A DNA stretch of 64,000 bases, taken from Kiritimatiellia bacterium (GTDB lineage Bacteria; Verrucomicrobiota; Kiritimatiellia; RFP12; UBA1067). Under the pieces are notes generated by a model that worked only from the letters and a program-made list of their open reading frames with translations, searched no databases and was not told the origin of the DNA. Position numbers and translations under genes: made by a program. Numbering within the stretch: the stretch's first letter is position 1; every line of letters begins with the position of its first letter. Location: positions 16,031 through 80,030 of the forward strand of contig JAGCVN010000042.1 in the NCBI GenBank assembly GCA_017962315.1. Direction: 5' to 3'. This document shows, one piece after another, positions 1-8,445 of the stretch.

Positions 1-1038
1 GGCCTCGGCCAGCGCGTGGTTGCGGATTTTCGACCGCCCGGAAAGCACTTTCTCGACCGTGAGCCCGCGGGGCAGGCCGCCCGGCGACGTAATTTCCACG
101 CGCGTGTCGTACACGGCGACGAAGATCGGCGCGTCATGTTCGAAATAGTTGCGATGAGTAAAGGCGTTGACCACGAGTTCGCGCAAGGCGTCCGGGGGAA
201 GTTCGTAGAGGTCCCTTCGCTGGATGCCCTCGAACACGCAGCCCATGTTGATCTTGGACAGGATGTACTTGTGCGCATCCTCGATCTGCTCGTAGATAGG
301 GCCGGTGAATTCGCGGCGGTCAACGAACACGGCCTTCGAATCCCCCTTGAACACGCCGCACTTCACGCGTGTCGCAAACGCCCTGTCGCCTGTCAGCAGC
401 GCATACGTGTTGGACGCAATCCAGCAGTTCCGCGACTTGGAAATGATGCCCCATTCCTGGAGTTGATTTGCCGTAATCTTCTTGACCGCTTTGCGCTCCG
501 ATTCGTCTCTCGCGTTTCTGCGCGCAATGCGATACATGTTGGCGCATAGCGCGGCGATGCGGGCATCGGTGATCTTCGCGTTTGGGCAGGGTTCGCTGTC
601 AAAACTTCGGCCTTCGGCCTCCAGTTCCAGTTCGTGTCGTGTTGCATCGTCGGCGCGTTGAGTCGTGGCGCCTACGCGGACATAGACCCCATCCTTGTCG
701 CCCTCCGCCTTGATGAAATACGGACATCGCGAACCTGCAAGCACGTCAAGGACGATGACCGATTTGCCATCCACATTCTCGATGCCGATATCGATCGGAA
801 CATGCGGCGAACAGGCGTTGCAGATGGAATTCGCTATGCCATCCATTTCCACGAACACCCTTGACTTGCCGATTCCGGTCACCGATCCATCGTTCGCAAT
901 GCCGAAAAGGACCGTGCCTCCCTTCCCATTCGCGAATGCGACCACCGTCTTCAAATACCTGATTCGCTCTTCGTTGGGCACGCGCTTGAATTCAAGATCA
1001 TACCCCTCACCTTGCCTGATTGCCTCGCGAATGTCCAT
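1..1038 (-). CDS. AlbA_2/Schlafen-like divergent AAA domain plus HATPase_c_4 (RecG-C-terminal-like) ATP-binding protein; N-terminal ~346 aa, C-terminus runs off the window start
   Basis: Minus-strand ATG at 1038, 3 nt after the stop of the upstream gene. My hand translation MDIREAIRQGEGYDLEFKRVPNEERIRYLKTVVAFANGKGGTVLFGIANDGSVTGIGK... matches the divergent-AAA 'FANxxGGxxxxGV' signature; open to position 1. The + strand ORF 16..549 is the GC-driven shadow of this gene. Confidence 0.6.
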   Translation of the reverse strand, partial: MDIREAIRQGEGYDLEFKRVPNEERIRYLKTVVAFANGKGGTVLFGIANDGSVTGIGKSRVFVEMDGIANSICNACSPHVPIDIGIENVDGKSVIVLDVLAGSRCPYFIKAEGDKDGVYVRVGATTQRADDATRHELELEAEGRSFDSEPCPNAKITDARIAALCANMYRIARRNARDESERKAVKKITANQLQEWGIISKSRNCWIASNTYALLTGDRAFATRVKCGVFKGDSKAVFVDRREFTGPIYEQIEDAHKYILSKINMGCVFEGIQRRDLYELPPDALRELVVNAFTHRNYFEHDAPIFVAVYDTRVEITSPGGLPRGLTVEKVLSGRSKIRNHALAEA

Positions 1039-1040
1039 AA

Positions 1041-2180
1041 CTACTGCCCCTCTTTCTTGCGGTTTCGCTTTTCCTGATTCATTTTGATTAGGTCGGCGTA
1101 GCGGAACGGCTCCTTGTGCGTCCAGTCCATGATGCTGCAGTAGAGGCCGTTGTGAAGGAAAATGCCGTCGAGGGGCTTCTTGAACTTGCAGCCGTGACAG
1201 GGCCTTGTCAAGGGAAGTTCCTTTTCGGGCTTAGCCAAAGACGTTTCGGGTTCTCCAAACAATTCCATTTGCACGGGCTTCGGCCGGGGCGGATCGAAGG
1301 GTTCGTCATGGCAGGTCATGGGGACGACGCATTTCAGGCCGTCCATCTGCCAGATATTCCAGCTGATGATGTCGGCAAGTTCCAGAAGCGTCTCGTGGTC
1401 CAGCGGTTCCGCCGTGCAGTAGAACTTGTAGTATTCCAGCATCGTGTAGAGGATGTTCTCGCGGGCGATGAGCAGATTGTCGCCCTGCCACTCGAAGCCG
1501 AGCGTGGCCTTAAGGGCGAGAAGGGCGTATTTCAGCCATTCGTCCGGTTTCGTGCCGACGTTCTCCGTGACGATGCGGAGCTTCCGGTCAAGGATGCCGA
1601 TGCGATTCGGCACTGGGATGACCTCGCCCGTGGTCGTATCGTAGCGGCTCACCAGAAACGGCCCCTCGCCGCAGCACATCTCCAGACAGCGGTATTTGAC
1701 GTAGTCCAGCCACGTGTGTTCCGGCGTGTCCGGGAACTCCACCTTGCCGGGGAAGCGCTTCCAGCCCTCGTCGCGGCTTCCCTCCGTGGTGAAGGGCGCC
1801 GGCTTGCGGTCGAACCAGGCGGCGTCGAACTCGTTAATCATGTTGTTGCATATCCACGACGGCGTGAAGACCTCCGCCTTCTTTTGGATGCGCTCCTTCT
1901 GCTCGGCCTTGCTCTTGTCCACGCGGGGACGGATGATCTTGTTTCCCGGACGGGAGATTACGTCGGCGTCGATCTCGTCCTGCATACACATCTTCTTGTC
2001 GAAAACAGATTCAAGGTGCTCATACCCATCTGTCATCCACATGATGTTCTTGCCGGTCGTCCGATCAGCAAGAAGGATGTCGAGGACATCGCGCGGAATA
2101 TCCGATTCAAGGATGTCCCGCGTGAAATCCGGGATTATCACATCGCGCGCAAGGGCGTTATCTGTCGGACGGTCGCTCAT
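1041..2180 (-). CDS. methyltransferase-like protein (gamma-class motif X 'EVFTPSWICNNM' and motif I 'LEMCCGEGPFLV' present, no NPPY/F motif IV; C-terminal Cys/His cluster CHGCKFKK...H..C)
   Basis: 379-aa ORF; the motifs were read from the translation. Stop is 3 nt before the next gene and the start abuts the 34-aa uORF, so it is operonic. Family identity not resolved. Confidence 0.45.
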   Translation of the reverse strand: MSDRPTDNALARDVIIPDFTRDILESDIPRDVLDILLADRTTGKNIMWMTDGYEHLESVFDKKMCMQDEIDADVISRPGNKIIRPRVDKSKAEQKERIQKKAEVFTPSWICNNMINEFDAAWFDRKPAPFTTEGSRDEGWKRFPGKVEFPDTPEHTWLDYVKYRCLEMCCGEGPFLVSRYDTTTGEVIPVPNRIGILDRKLRIVTENVGTKPDEWLKYALLALKATLGFEWQGDNLLIARENILYTMLEYYKFYCTAEPLDHETLLELADIISWNIWQMDGLKCVVPMTCHDEPFDPPRPKPVQMELFGEPETSLAKPEKELPLTRPCHGCKFKKPLDGIFLHNGLYCSIMDWTHKEPFRYADLIKMNQEKRNRKKEGQ

Positions 2181-2285
2181 TCACTTTGCCTTTTCGCCGC
2201 TGTCAAATAGACCTGCTTCTTCCCTGTTGTTCTGCAAAACGCGGTGAATCAGTTCGTCATGAACCTCGTCAAGTCGTATTCTCAT
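2181..2285 (-). CDS. 34-aa leading ORF MRIRLDEVHDELIHRVLQNNREEAGLFDSGEKAK; N-terminus resembles a ribbon-helix-helix beta-strand plus helix A
   Basis: Reverse complement of 2181..2285 translates cleanly. Its TGA is immediately followed by the ATG of the 1041..2180 gene. GAGGAAGG lies about 12 nt upstream. Too short for a confident call. Confidence 0.3.
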   Translation of the reverse strand: MRIRLDEVHDELIHRVLQNNREEAGLFDSGEKAK

Positions 2286-2304
2286 TTGTATTCCACGCCT
2301 TCCT

Positions 2305-2336
2305 CAAAATCCTCCGGCCCGTTTCCGGGCCGGAGG
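2305..2336 (-). terminator. GC-rich hairpin (11-bp stem CCTCCGGCCCG / CGGGCCGGAGG, GAAA loop) followed on the minus strand by AUUUUG; intrinsic-terminator-like or attenuator element
   Basis: Seen directly in sequence. Located between the predicted minus-strand promoter at 2422-2450 and the uORF start at 2285. Confidence 0.35.
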
Positions 2337-2415
2337 GCGGATCACACCCTAGACAAAGTTTCAACCCCCATGAAGAAGCAGGTTTCGCAATGTGCAAAAC
2401 CATATTCTCCACAAC
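2305..2415 (-). ncRNA. candidate ~110-nt small RNA delimited by the sigma70-like promoter and the terminator-like hairpin (alternatively a structured 5' leader of the cassette)
   Basis: Promoter and terminator geometry. The internal imperfect hairpin GGUUUUGC-ACAUU-GCGAAACC plus the terminal hairpin would give a two-stem RNA. No homology claim. Confidence 0.2.
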
Positions 2416-2421
2416 GGAGAT

Positions 2422-2450
2422 ATAATATCAAAATGCCGCCACTATGTCAA
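2422..2450 (-). promoter_or_regulatory. sigma70-like promoter TTGACA-N17-TATTAT on the minus strand
   Basis: Perfect -35 hexamer, 17-nt spacer, 5/6 -10 match, in an AT-rich patch between the cas7 stop and the cassette. Confidence 0.4.
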
Positions 2451-2558
2451 GCAGTCCAATTTCTTTTGTTAGGGAGTGTATGAGAGGGATAGACATGAGG
2501 ACGACGATATGCGATTTAGGAATTATTGACATTAAAAGTCCCAGGTCGCATTCGCATA

Positions 2559-3464
2559 TTACTTCACGACAACCGTGACACCAGCTGGCAGGGCGCCATC
2601 GGCCGGAACGTCCAACGTGTAGTCAGCGAACTTGCGGGGGACGGCGACGTCGGACTTCTTCTCAATCTTGACGAGGTCGAAGAGCTTGTGGGAGGGGGCG
2701 TTGCCGAGGGCGGAATCGTGCTTGAAGACGATGAGCTTCTGCGTCGCCATCATCCCGCGGGCGGCGGAATGATCCTGATCGAACATCCCGACGAGTGCCT
2801 CCCACAGGAGCGCGAGGTCCTCTTCCGAGAAGCCAGTCTGCTTGGCGAGCGCCGGGGAGACGAAGCCGTAGGCGACGTAAAGGCCGTAGGGAACGGTGTT
2901 CTTGCGGCCCATGGTGCGGTTGTCACCGCTCTGCTTCTCGGCTTCGGCCTCAGTCGCAACGGCCATGCGGGTAATGGAGTGCTCTGCTGTGACAACGGGA
3001 TCGACGGATCGGGCGAACGTGATCTGGACGGGACCGCGAACCTGTCCGGCATTGGCCCCTGTGGACATAACCGCACCAAATGTCCGGATGTCGAAGTAGA
3101 CCTGGCACATCTTGTTGCGGGCTCGGAAGACTTCTTCCCCCTGTCCCTGTCCGGTCTTGTTACGCTTCTTCCCATCGGCATCCGCCTTCGACAGGTCGAT
3201 TCCAAGGTCTGCGTACGCCTTCTCGATCTGCTGGTTGAGGATCGCCTTCTCCTTGACGAAGATGTCGTAACCGGGTTCCGTACCCTTAATGAGTAGGACG
3301 TAGTTGCGTACCTTGCGCTTGATGCAGACATCGGTGACGAGGCCTTCGCCCGTCTCAGTGTCGATGCGGGGGAGATTTCCGGCGTCGGGGTCGCCGTTGG
3401 GGTTGCCGTCCTTCACGTCAAAGAGAAGCATGAAGTCGTAGCGGTTCTTGAGTTCAGTAGCCAT
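2559..3464 (-). CDS. cas7: type I-C CRISPR-associated Cas7 (Csd2)
   Basis: [35 protein letters not shown]... is the characteristic Csd2/Cas7c N-terminal signature; 301 aa. Confidence 0.92.
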   Translation of the reverse strand: MATELKNRYDFMLLFDVKDGNPNGDPDAGNLPRIDTETGEGLVTDVCIKRKVRNYVLLIKGTEPGYDIFVKEKAILNQQIEKAYADLGIDLSKADADGKKRNKTGQGQGEEVFRARNKMCQVYFDIRTFGAVMSTGANAGQVRGPVQITFARSVDPVVTAEHSITRMAVATEAEAEKQSGDNRTMGRKNTVPYGLYVAYGFVSPALAKQTGFSEEDLALLWEALVGMFDQDHSAARGMMATQKLIVFKHDSALGNAPSHKLFDLVKIEKKSDVAVPRKFADYTLDVPADGALPAGVTVVVK

Positions 3465-3494
3465 GGTGGGGTCTCCTTGTTCGTTGGTTAGTGA

Positions 3495-5261
3495 TCAGAG
3501 TGAAAGTTCTGTTTGAACGGTATCGTCGGATTCGGATGTCGACGCAGCATCGCCGACGCCGCTGTCCTTGGTTTTCCTGCCGACGAAGAAATCCTGCCGC
3601 TGGTGGTAGTAGCCGATGGCGAACATACCCTGGTCTTCCAGCGAAAGATGGGAGGGGAAGGCGGCGACGCTGGAAAGGATTTCGCCGATGAGCTCCTCGA
3701 AGAACGCTGTTTTCGGGAGCTTGGCGAGATGGTGGTTCTTGAGCCGCATCAGGTTGCCAAAGACGGCGGCCGGCGTGGCGGATGCCGAGGCGTAGAACCT
3801 GTCGCGGATGGTAGCGTTGATGCCGGGGTTGGCGGCCTGCTGGATGCGCTCCAGAACGGCGAAGAGTCGGCCAAGACGATAGCCGACATTGGGGTTGTCC
3901 TTGTCGAGACTCATGGCGAGTTTCCTTTCGGGGTTGAGGTTGCGGTTTATGAAAGCCTTGACGAGCTTGGCGCGAGGGTAAGTGACATCGCGTTCCGCCT
4001 TGATGCGGACAATGGCCGACGAAAGCAAGGTCGCGGGATAGGGCGTTCCTTCAAGGATGCTCCGCATGACGGCGCCGGCGAGATTGGGAGGAATGTTCGC
4101 TTTCCACTTTTGGTAGTCTTTGTTATGGAGCGCAAGCGAAAGCAGCAACTGCGTAAGGGAAAGATGCTCCTTGTCCTTTGGGCCATGGACGATGCGGAGG
4201 TTTTCGAACCAGTCCGCAAAGCGCCTCTCCATTTCCGCGACCGTCCCCTCGTGCCAAAAGCGGACGGAAATGCGCGCGGAATTGGGCGAGAGACCGAGAA
4301 CATAGAAGCGCGCGGTGCCGCCTTCGTGGGCATAGGCACCCGACCGAACGGAACCGAGGAGTCGCTCCACGGCATCAACGCCGCGATCGGGGTCGTCCTT
4401 CTGGGGTTCGCGGAAAAGGTCCGCAAATTCATCTTCAAGGGTACTCTTCTCCGAAGACCAGAAGACGGTCGTGGCATCGCCGACATACATCTTTTGCCGG
4501 GAACTAGCCAAAAGCGCATTGAGTGCTGTGGTATAGGCGAACTCGGCTTCTTGACCAACTGGAGAATTGTAGCTTTGCTCCCTCCCGAACGATTCCGCTG
4601 CATCCCAGTTGAATGAAATGAGACTTCCTCGGTTTTTATCGGTTCCCAATACGCCAACTATTTTGTGATGAGTTCGTGAAATGATAGCCCGGCTTCCCGT
4701 CACCAGACACACACCATCGGGGACTTCCCCAGTTGATGACAAATGCGCATTGTACGCTTGAACAAAGTCTCCTTCGCAAGGAACGGGTTTCTCATGTCCT
4801 GCAATTATGAAAGTAGCAACAGCCCCTGTCTGGATGTACTCAGACCAATTGCCGTCACCCTTCAATCGCTCCGTATCAAAATGTTCTGTCAAGAATCGTC
4901 GAACGGATGCGACGGAAGGTAGGTCGTCAGCAAACTGGTTGAGACGGGTCAAAAATAGTGTATGCTTTTTGTCTGCATCTGTTCCTTGCGCAACGCCTGG
5001 AAAAGCATACTCCGCTTTGTCCCAGAGAGTAAATGCGGCCGGATTTCTTGTGCGGACGACAGATTGAGGCACAAGAAATCGTTTCGCGATCTTTCTCTTG
5101 CCGACAATTTCGCGAGTATCCTCAATTCTTACGAATTGTCCGTCATCCGTTATGACGAACAAAAAAGGAATCTCCTTCCATTCCCACCCGAGCGGGGCGA
5201 TGCCAGAATCGGGGTCAGCGGCCTTGCGGTCGTAGTATTCCTTGAGAGCCTGGAGAATCAT
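3495..5261 (-). CDS. cas8c: type I-C CRISPR-associated Cas8c (Csd1) large subunit
   Basis: N-terminus MILQALKEYYDRKAAD... typical of Csd1; 588 aa. Its start overlaps the cas5 stop (ATGA). Confidence 0.9.
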   Translation of the reverse strand: MILQALKEYYDRKAADPDSGIAPLGWEWKEIPFLFVITDDGQFVRIEDTREIVGKRKIAKRFLVPQSVVRTRNPAAFTLWDKAEYAFPGVAQGTDADKKHTLFLTRLNQFADDLPSVASVRRFLTEHFDTERLKGDGNWSEYIQTGAVATFIIAGHEKPVPCEGDFVQAYNAHLSSTGEVPDGVCLVTGSRAIISRTHHKIVGVLGTDKNRGSLISFNWDAAESFGREQSYNSPVGQEAEFAYTTALNALLASSRQKMYVGDATTVFWSSEKSTLEDEFADLFREPQKDDPDRGVDAVERLLGSVRSGAYAHEGGTARFYVLGLSPNSARISVRFWHEGTVAEMERRFADWFENLRIVHGPKDKEHLSLTQLLLSLALHNKDYQKWKANIPPNLAGAVMRSILEGTPYPATLLSSAIVRIKAERDVTYPRAKLVKAFINRNLNPERKLAMSLDKDNPNVGYRLGRLFAVLERIQQAANPGINATIRDRFYASASATPAAVFGNLMRLKNHHLAKLPKTAFFEELIGEILSSVAAFPSHLSLEDQGMFAIGYYHQRQDFFVGRKTKDSGVGDAASTSESDDTVQTELSL

Positions 5262-6067
5262 TTGAAAACCTCCTCGGAGTCGGGATGCGGGACGATGATG
5301 ACGCCATCGACCATTTTGGGTCGGTAGAACATGGGCTTGATGTCCTTCAGATCGGAATAGTCCATGTCGTAGAGCATGAAGCCGAGGTCGCGCGTCTCGG
5401 AAATGGGGCGGTCCGGTTCCGCCTCGGGGTGCTTCACGAGGCGGATTTCCCGGCAGGAGAACTCGCGGCAGCCGAGGTAGGGGTGCATGAAATACTGGCC
5501 CTTGGTGGCGCGGCGGTCGAACATGGCGGCGTATTTCGCCTCCTTCTCGTCGGGCTTCGCCTCGGCTTGGCGGTATAACTCCACCTCATCGGCGTCGGCC
5601 AGCCATTCCGGGGGCGGATTGACGGCCGGGGAACGCTCCTCGGGCGGAATGAAGTCGAACTCGGCGTAGAGCCTGTAGCGGACATCGCGCAGAATGAGTC
5701 CTGCGCGCTGCTGGCGTGCGTCCTCTACAAAAATGCCATCCGAACGCGGGCTGGCGACGGCGGACACCTCGTTGCGGCGGACGGAGGTCCAGCGAATCGG
5801 GTTCATCACCTCGATCCGCGTGATGCGCCAGCGGATGGCGGGCTTCCAGAAGATCGCGCTGAAGACGCCGCGTGCGGCGGACGGCGTGATGACGTCGTAG
5901 CTCACGCGCTCGACCTTCATCTCGGGCCGCGTGAAGCAGGCGAAGTCGCTTGAAACGTCTAGGCAGAATCCTTGCCTATAAGTTCGATTGGCGACAACCG
6001 AAACAACTTGTAAAGACAGCATCCTTCTTTCGCCGCGCAACGGCGCGGCGTTTTCATAACCGCGCAT
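5258..6067 (-). CDS. cas5: type I-C Cas5 (Cas5d, pre-crRNA-processing subunit); start uncertain (ATG at 6067 or 6022; the ORF track extends to a TTG at 6088)
   Basis: ...DFACFTRPEMKVERVSYDVITPSAARGVFSAIFWKPAIRW... matches the Cas5d core (GDYACFTRPE...SY.V.TPSAARGI). The 4-nt overlap with cas8c is typical. Confidence 0.85.
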   Translation of the reverse strand: MRGYENAAPLRGERRMLSLQVVSVVANRTYRQGFCLDVSSDFACFTRPEMKVERVSYDVITPSAARGVFSAIFWKPAIRWRITRIEVMNPIRWTSVRRNEVSAVASPRSDGIFVEDARQQRAGLILRDVRYRLYAEFDFIPPEERSPAVNPPPEWLADADEVELYRQAEAKPDEKEAKYAAMFDRRATKGQYFMHPYLGCREFSCREIRLVKHPEAEPDRPISETRDLGFMLYDMDYSDLKDIKPMFYRPKMVDGVIIVPHPDSEEVFK

Positions 6068-6090
6068 GGTTGTGCGCGGAAGAAGCAAAC

Positions 6091-6160
6091 GTTGTTTTCA
6101 AGTTGTTCAAGTTGTTTTCAGAAACTTACCCTCATCTACATTCCCGCGTGCAGCGCGGGC
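6091..6160. promoter_or_regulatory. cas3-cas5 intergenic element: triple tandem direct repeat GTTGTTTTCAA-GTTGTTCAA-GTTGTTTTCAG followed by hairpin CCCGCG-TGCAG-CGCGGG
   Basis: Seen directly in the 101-nt gap between the cas3 stop (6190) and the cas5 start. Candidate operator or internal promoter region for cas5-cas8c-cas7. Confidence 0.3.
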
Positions 6161-6189
6161 GGGGGCTTTCATGTGGGTCCTTTCGTTGT

Positions 6190-7710
6190 TCAAATGATGT
6201 TGTCCTCTATGGAGAGGCCGTCGCGAAACAAATCAAGGCCGAAACGTTCGCTGTAGGCGGACGGCATCGTCTGGACGAAGATGCCGGATGGAATGTCGGG
6301 CTTTTTGGGGACGCAAAGTTCCTCGACAAGGCCCTTTTCAATCAATTCGGCGAGCTTTTTCTTTGGGACATTCACGGTGAAGCGCTGTAGACGGCGCATA
6401 ATGTCGCGTTTCGGTCCTGCGGCGCGAAGCGATGCGATGAGAGCGTCGCTGCCTCCATAGCGGACGATGACGGCGGCCTGTGCCGAGTCGTCGATCATCT
6501 GGAAGGCTGCGGCGGCCTCGCGGAACTGGTAATGCATGGGTTCCGCGATTCTTCGCGTCGTCCCGTTGCGGAATTCCAGCGGTACGGGTACGCCAAGCCA
6601 CGACTCGAATTCGACGCCGAGATTTTGGATTCGATGGTGCAACGCCCGGAAATAGTCGGGGAAACTGCTTACTTCATCGGGATCGACGCCTCCGGGACGG
6701 TCTAGGAGGTCGCTCATGGCGTATTCCCCCTGGAGCAATTCACCCTTGGGGGATTGCTCCGGCGGCATGAAAACGATGACGCGACCCGGCTCCGGCAGAA
6801 GCCCTTCCCGGTTACACCGTCCAGCAGACTGCGCGATGGAGGCGAGACCCGTGAACGCACGATAGACCACGGGAAAGTCGATGTCCACCCCGGCCTCGAC
6901 AAGCTGGGTGCTGATTACGCGGACGGGTTCGCCGTCCGCCAGCTTGCGTTTGATTTCGCCGATGACGCGCGAGCGGTGGGCGCCGCACATGCTTGCGGAG
7001 AGATGGATGGTGTCTTCCGGCATTTTGTCAAAGAGGGCGCGGCAGTCGCGGCGCGTGTTTACGACGCAGAGGACACGCTCGTGGCCGCACAATTCCGCGG
7101 CGATCTCGTCCCACGTTTTCCGGGTGTTTCGATCAACTGGGAATTCGATGCGTACCCTTTTCAGCCGATGGTACAGGTCAAGGGACGGAGGGGCGATTTC
7201 CCGTATCGAGGCCGTATCAATGCCGGGGAGGTTCAACTGGGTGGCCGTTGAAAGGACGAACGAAACCCTGTAGTGAGATGCGAGCTGTCGCATCGCCTCG
7301 GCGCATGGGAGGAGAAGCTTGGAGGGCAGCAACTGCACCTCGTCAAGGATCACGACGCTTTCGGCGATGTTGTGGAGCTTGCGGCACCGGCTCGACTTGC
7401 AGGCGTACAGGGACTCGAAGAACTGGACGGACGTCGTGACAATGACCGGCGCGTCCCAGTTCTCGGAGGCGAGGCGAGACTGTCTCGTCTCCTTGTCGGG
7501 ATCGAAGTTAGAATGGTGCTCCAGCACATTGTCCGGGCCAAGGATGTCGCGTAGAACATCGGCCGTCTGCTCGATGATGGACGTGTAGGGAATCACGTAG
7601 ATGATGCGCTTGAGTCCATGGCGCAAGGCGTGTCGGAACGCGAACGCCGTTCCCGAAAGCGTCTTTCCCCCGCCCGTCGGGACGGTCAGCGAAAAGAGGC
7701 CTGGCGGCAA
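6190..7710 (-). CDS. cas3: Cas3 helicase part (SF2 helicase; Walker A 'PTGGGKT', DEVQ box); TTG-initiated ORF lying in frame 23 codons downstream of the HD-domain ORF
   Basis: MPPGLFSLTVPTGGGKT...VVILDEVQLLP...; 506 aa. Continuous reading frame with 7780..8445 except for one TGA. Confidence 0.85.
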   Translation of the reverse strand: MPPGLFSLTVPTGGGKTLSGTAFAFRHALRHGLKRIIYVIPYTSIIEQTADVLRDILGPDNVLEHHSNFDPDKETRQSRLASENWDAPVIVTTSVQFFESLYACKSSRCRKLHNIAESVVILDEVQLLPSKLLLPCAEAMRQLASHYRVSFVLSTATQLNLPGIDTASIREIAPPSLDLYHRLKRVRIEFPVDRNTRKTWDEIAAELCGHERVLCVVNTRRDCRALFDKMPEDTIHLSASMCGAHRSRVIGEIKRKLADGEPVRVISTQLVEAGVDIDFPVVYRAFTGLASIAQSAGRCNREGLLPEPGRVIVFMPPEQSPKGELLQGEYAMSDLLDRPGGVDPDEVSSFPDYFRALHHRIQNLGVEFESWLGVPVPLEFRNGTTRRIAEPMHYQFREAAAAFQMIDDSAQAAVIVRYGGSDALIASLRAAGPKRDIMRRLQRFTVNVPKKKLAELIEKGLVEELCVPKKPDIPSGIFVQTMPSAYSERFGLDLFRDGLSIEDNII

Positions 7711-7779
7711 TTCCGCCGCCTGTTCGCAGGCGGCGCGGATTCCCGCGCGGATGCGGTTTACGTCGGTGTCCGGGGCGGT

Positions 7780-8445
7780 TCACTGTTTTTCGTCCAGATG
7801 CGCGAAGAACGCATCGGCAAGGGCGGAAAGTGGCTGTCCGAAGGAGCGGTTTGCGCTTTGCGCCGGATCCATGAACGCCTCCGTGTCGAGAAAGTCGGCA
7901 TCGACGAGACTCGAGTACATCATGCGAATCCAGAACGACAGAGAAGAGTCGTCGCGGCCGAACGGGAAAGGCGGTGCTAGCCGTTCGCGGAGCCAGTCGG
8001 CCTCATGGGACGCGATCCACTCGCGAACGGGTGGTTCCGCCAAAACGGCAGCGTCCTCATTCAGCCGAACGGCAAGAGCGCCATTTGGCGTGTCCCCGCC
8101 GGACCAGTCGGGGAGGCCGGCATGGTGGCCGGCGATGCAGTAGGACAGAGCCGTGCCAATGCCGCCGGCATTTTGGGCCAGCCAGCACGCCCCCGCACCG
8201 GAATGCGAATGGTCGCCAAAGTCCAGATCGGCATCCTCGACGCCGTTGCAGCGGCGCAAATAGGACTGGAACGCGCTCCTCGCCTTTCCTGTGTCATGCG
8301 TTTCGCCTTCCAGCCGTCCATGTTTGCCACTTGCAAATGAATCGGCAAACGCTTCTGACAATTCAGCGACAGCCTTACTATGAGATCGCAAGGTCTGCCA
8401 TTCTGTCATCGGTGCGTTTTCTCGGCTATGAGCAAAAAAATCCAT
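7780..8445 (-). CDS. cas3: Cas3 HD nuclease domain part (HD-phosphohydrolase motifs H..HD..H..H..D)
   Basis: FFAHS...ETHDTGKA...GDHSHSG...AGHHAGLPD...LVDADFL; 221 aa, ending at a TGA that is in frame with the helicase ORF. Confidence 0.8.
   Translation of the reverse strand: MDFFAHSRENAPMTEWQTLRSHSKAVAELSEAFADSFASGKHGRLEGETHDTGKARSAFQSYLRRCNGVEDADLDFGDHSHSGAGACWLAQNAGGIGTALSYCIAGHHAGLPDWSGGDTPNGALAVRLNEDAAVLAEPPVREWIASHEADWLRERLAPPFPFGRDDSSLSFWIRMMYSSLVDADFLDTEAFMDPAQSANRSFGQPLSALADAFFAHLDEKQ

Noticed and set aside
2186-2483. Small + strand ORFs (2186..2425, 2244..2483) in the cas7-cassette spacer
   Set aside because: They overlap the minus-strand promoter/hairpin/uORF and have no RBS; likely noise.
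6121-6189. Possible degenerate type I-C CRISPR repeat (hairpin CCCGCGTGCAGCGCGGG near GAAAC)
   Set aside because: It does not match the I-C repeat consensus (..GCGTGGATTGAAAC). It is a single copy with no spacers, and it is in the wrong position (upstream of cas5 rather than after cas2).
7780-7782. TGA in cas3 as selenocysteine
   Set aside because: No obvious SECIS-like hairpin immediately downstream and no reason for Sec in Cas3. A nonsense mutation or sequencing error is more parsimonious; kept as an alternative in the finding.
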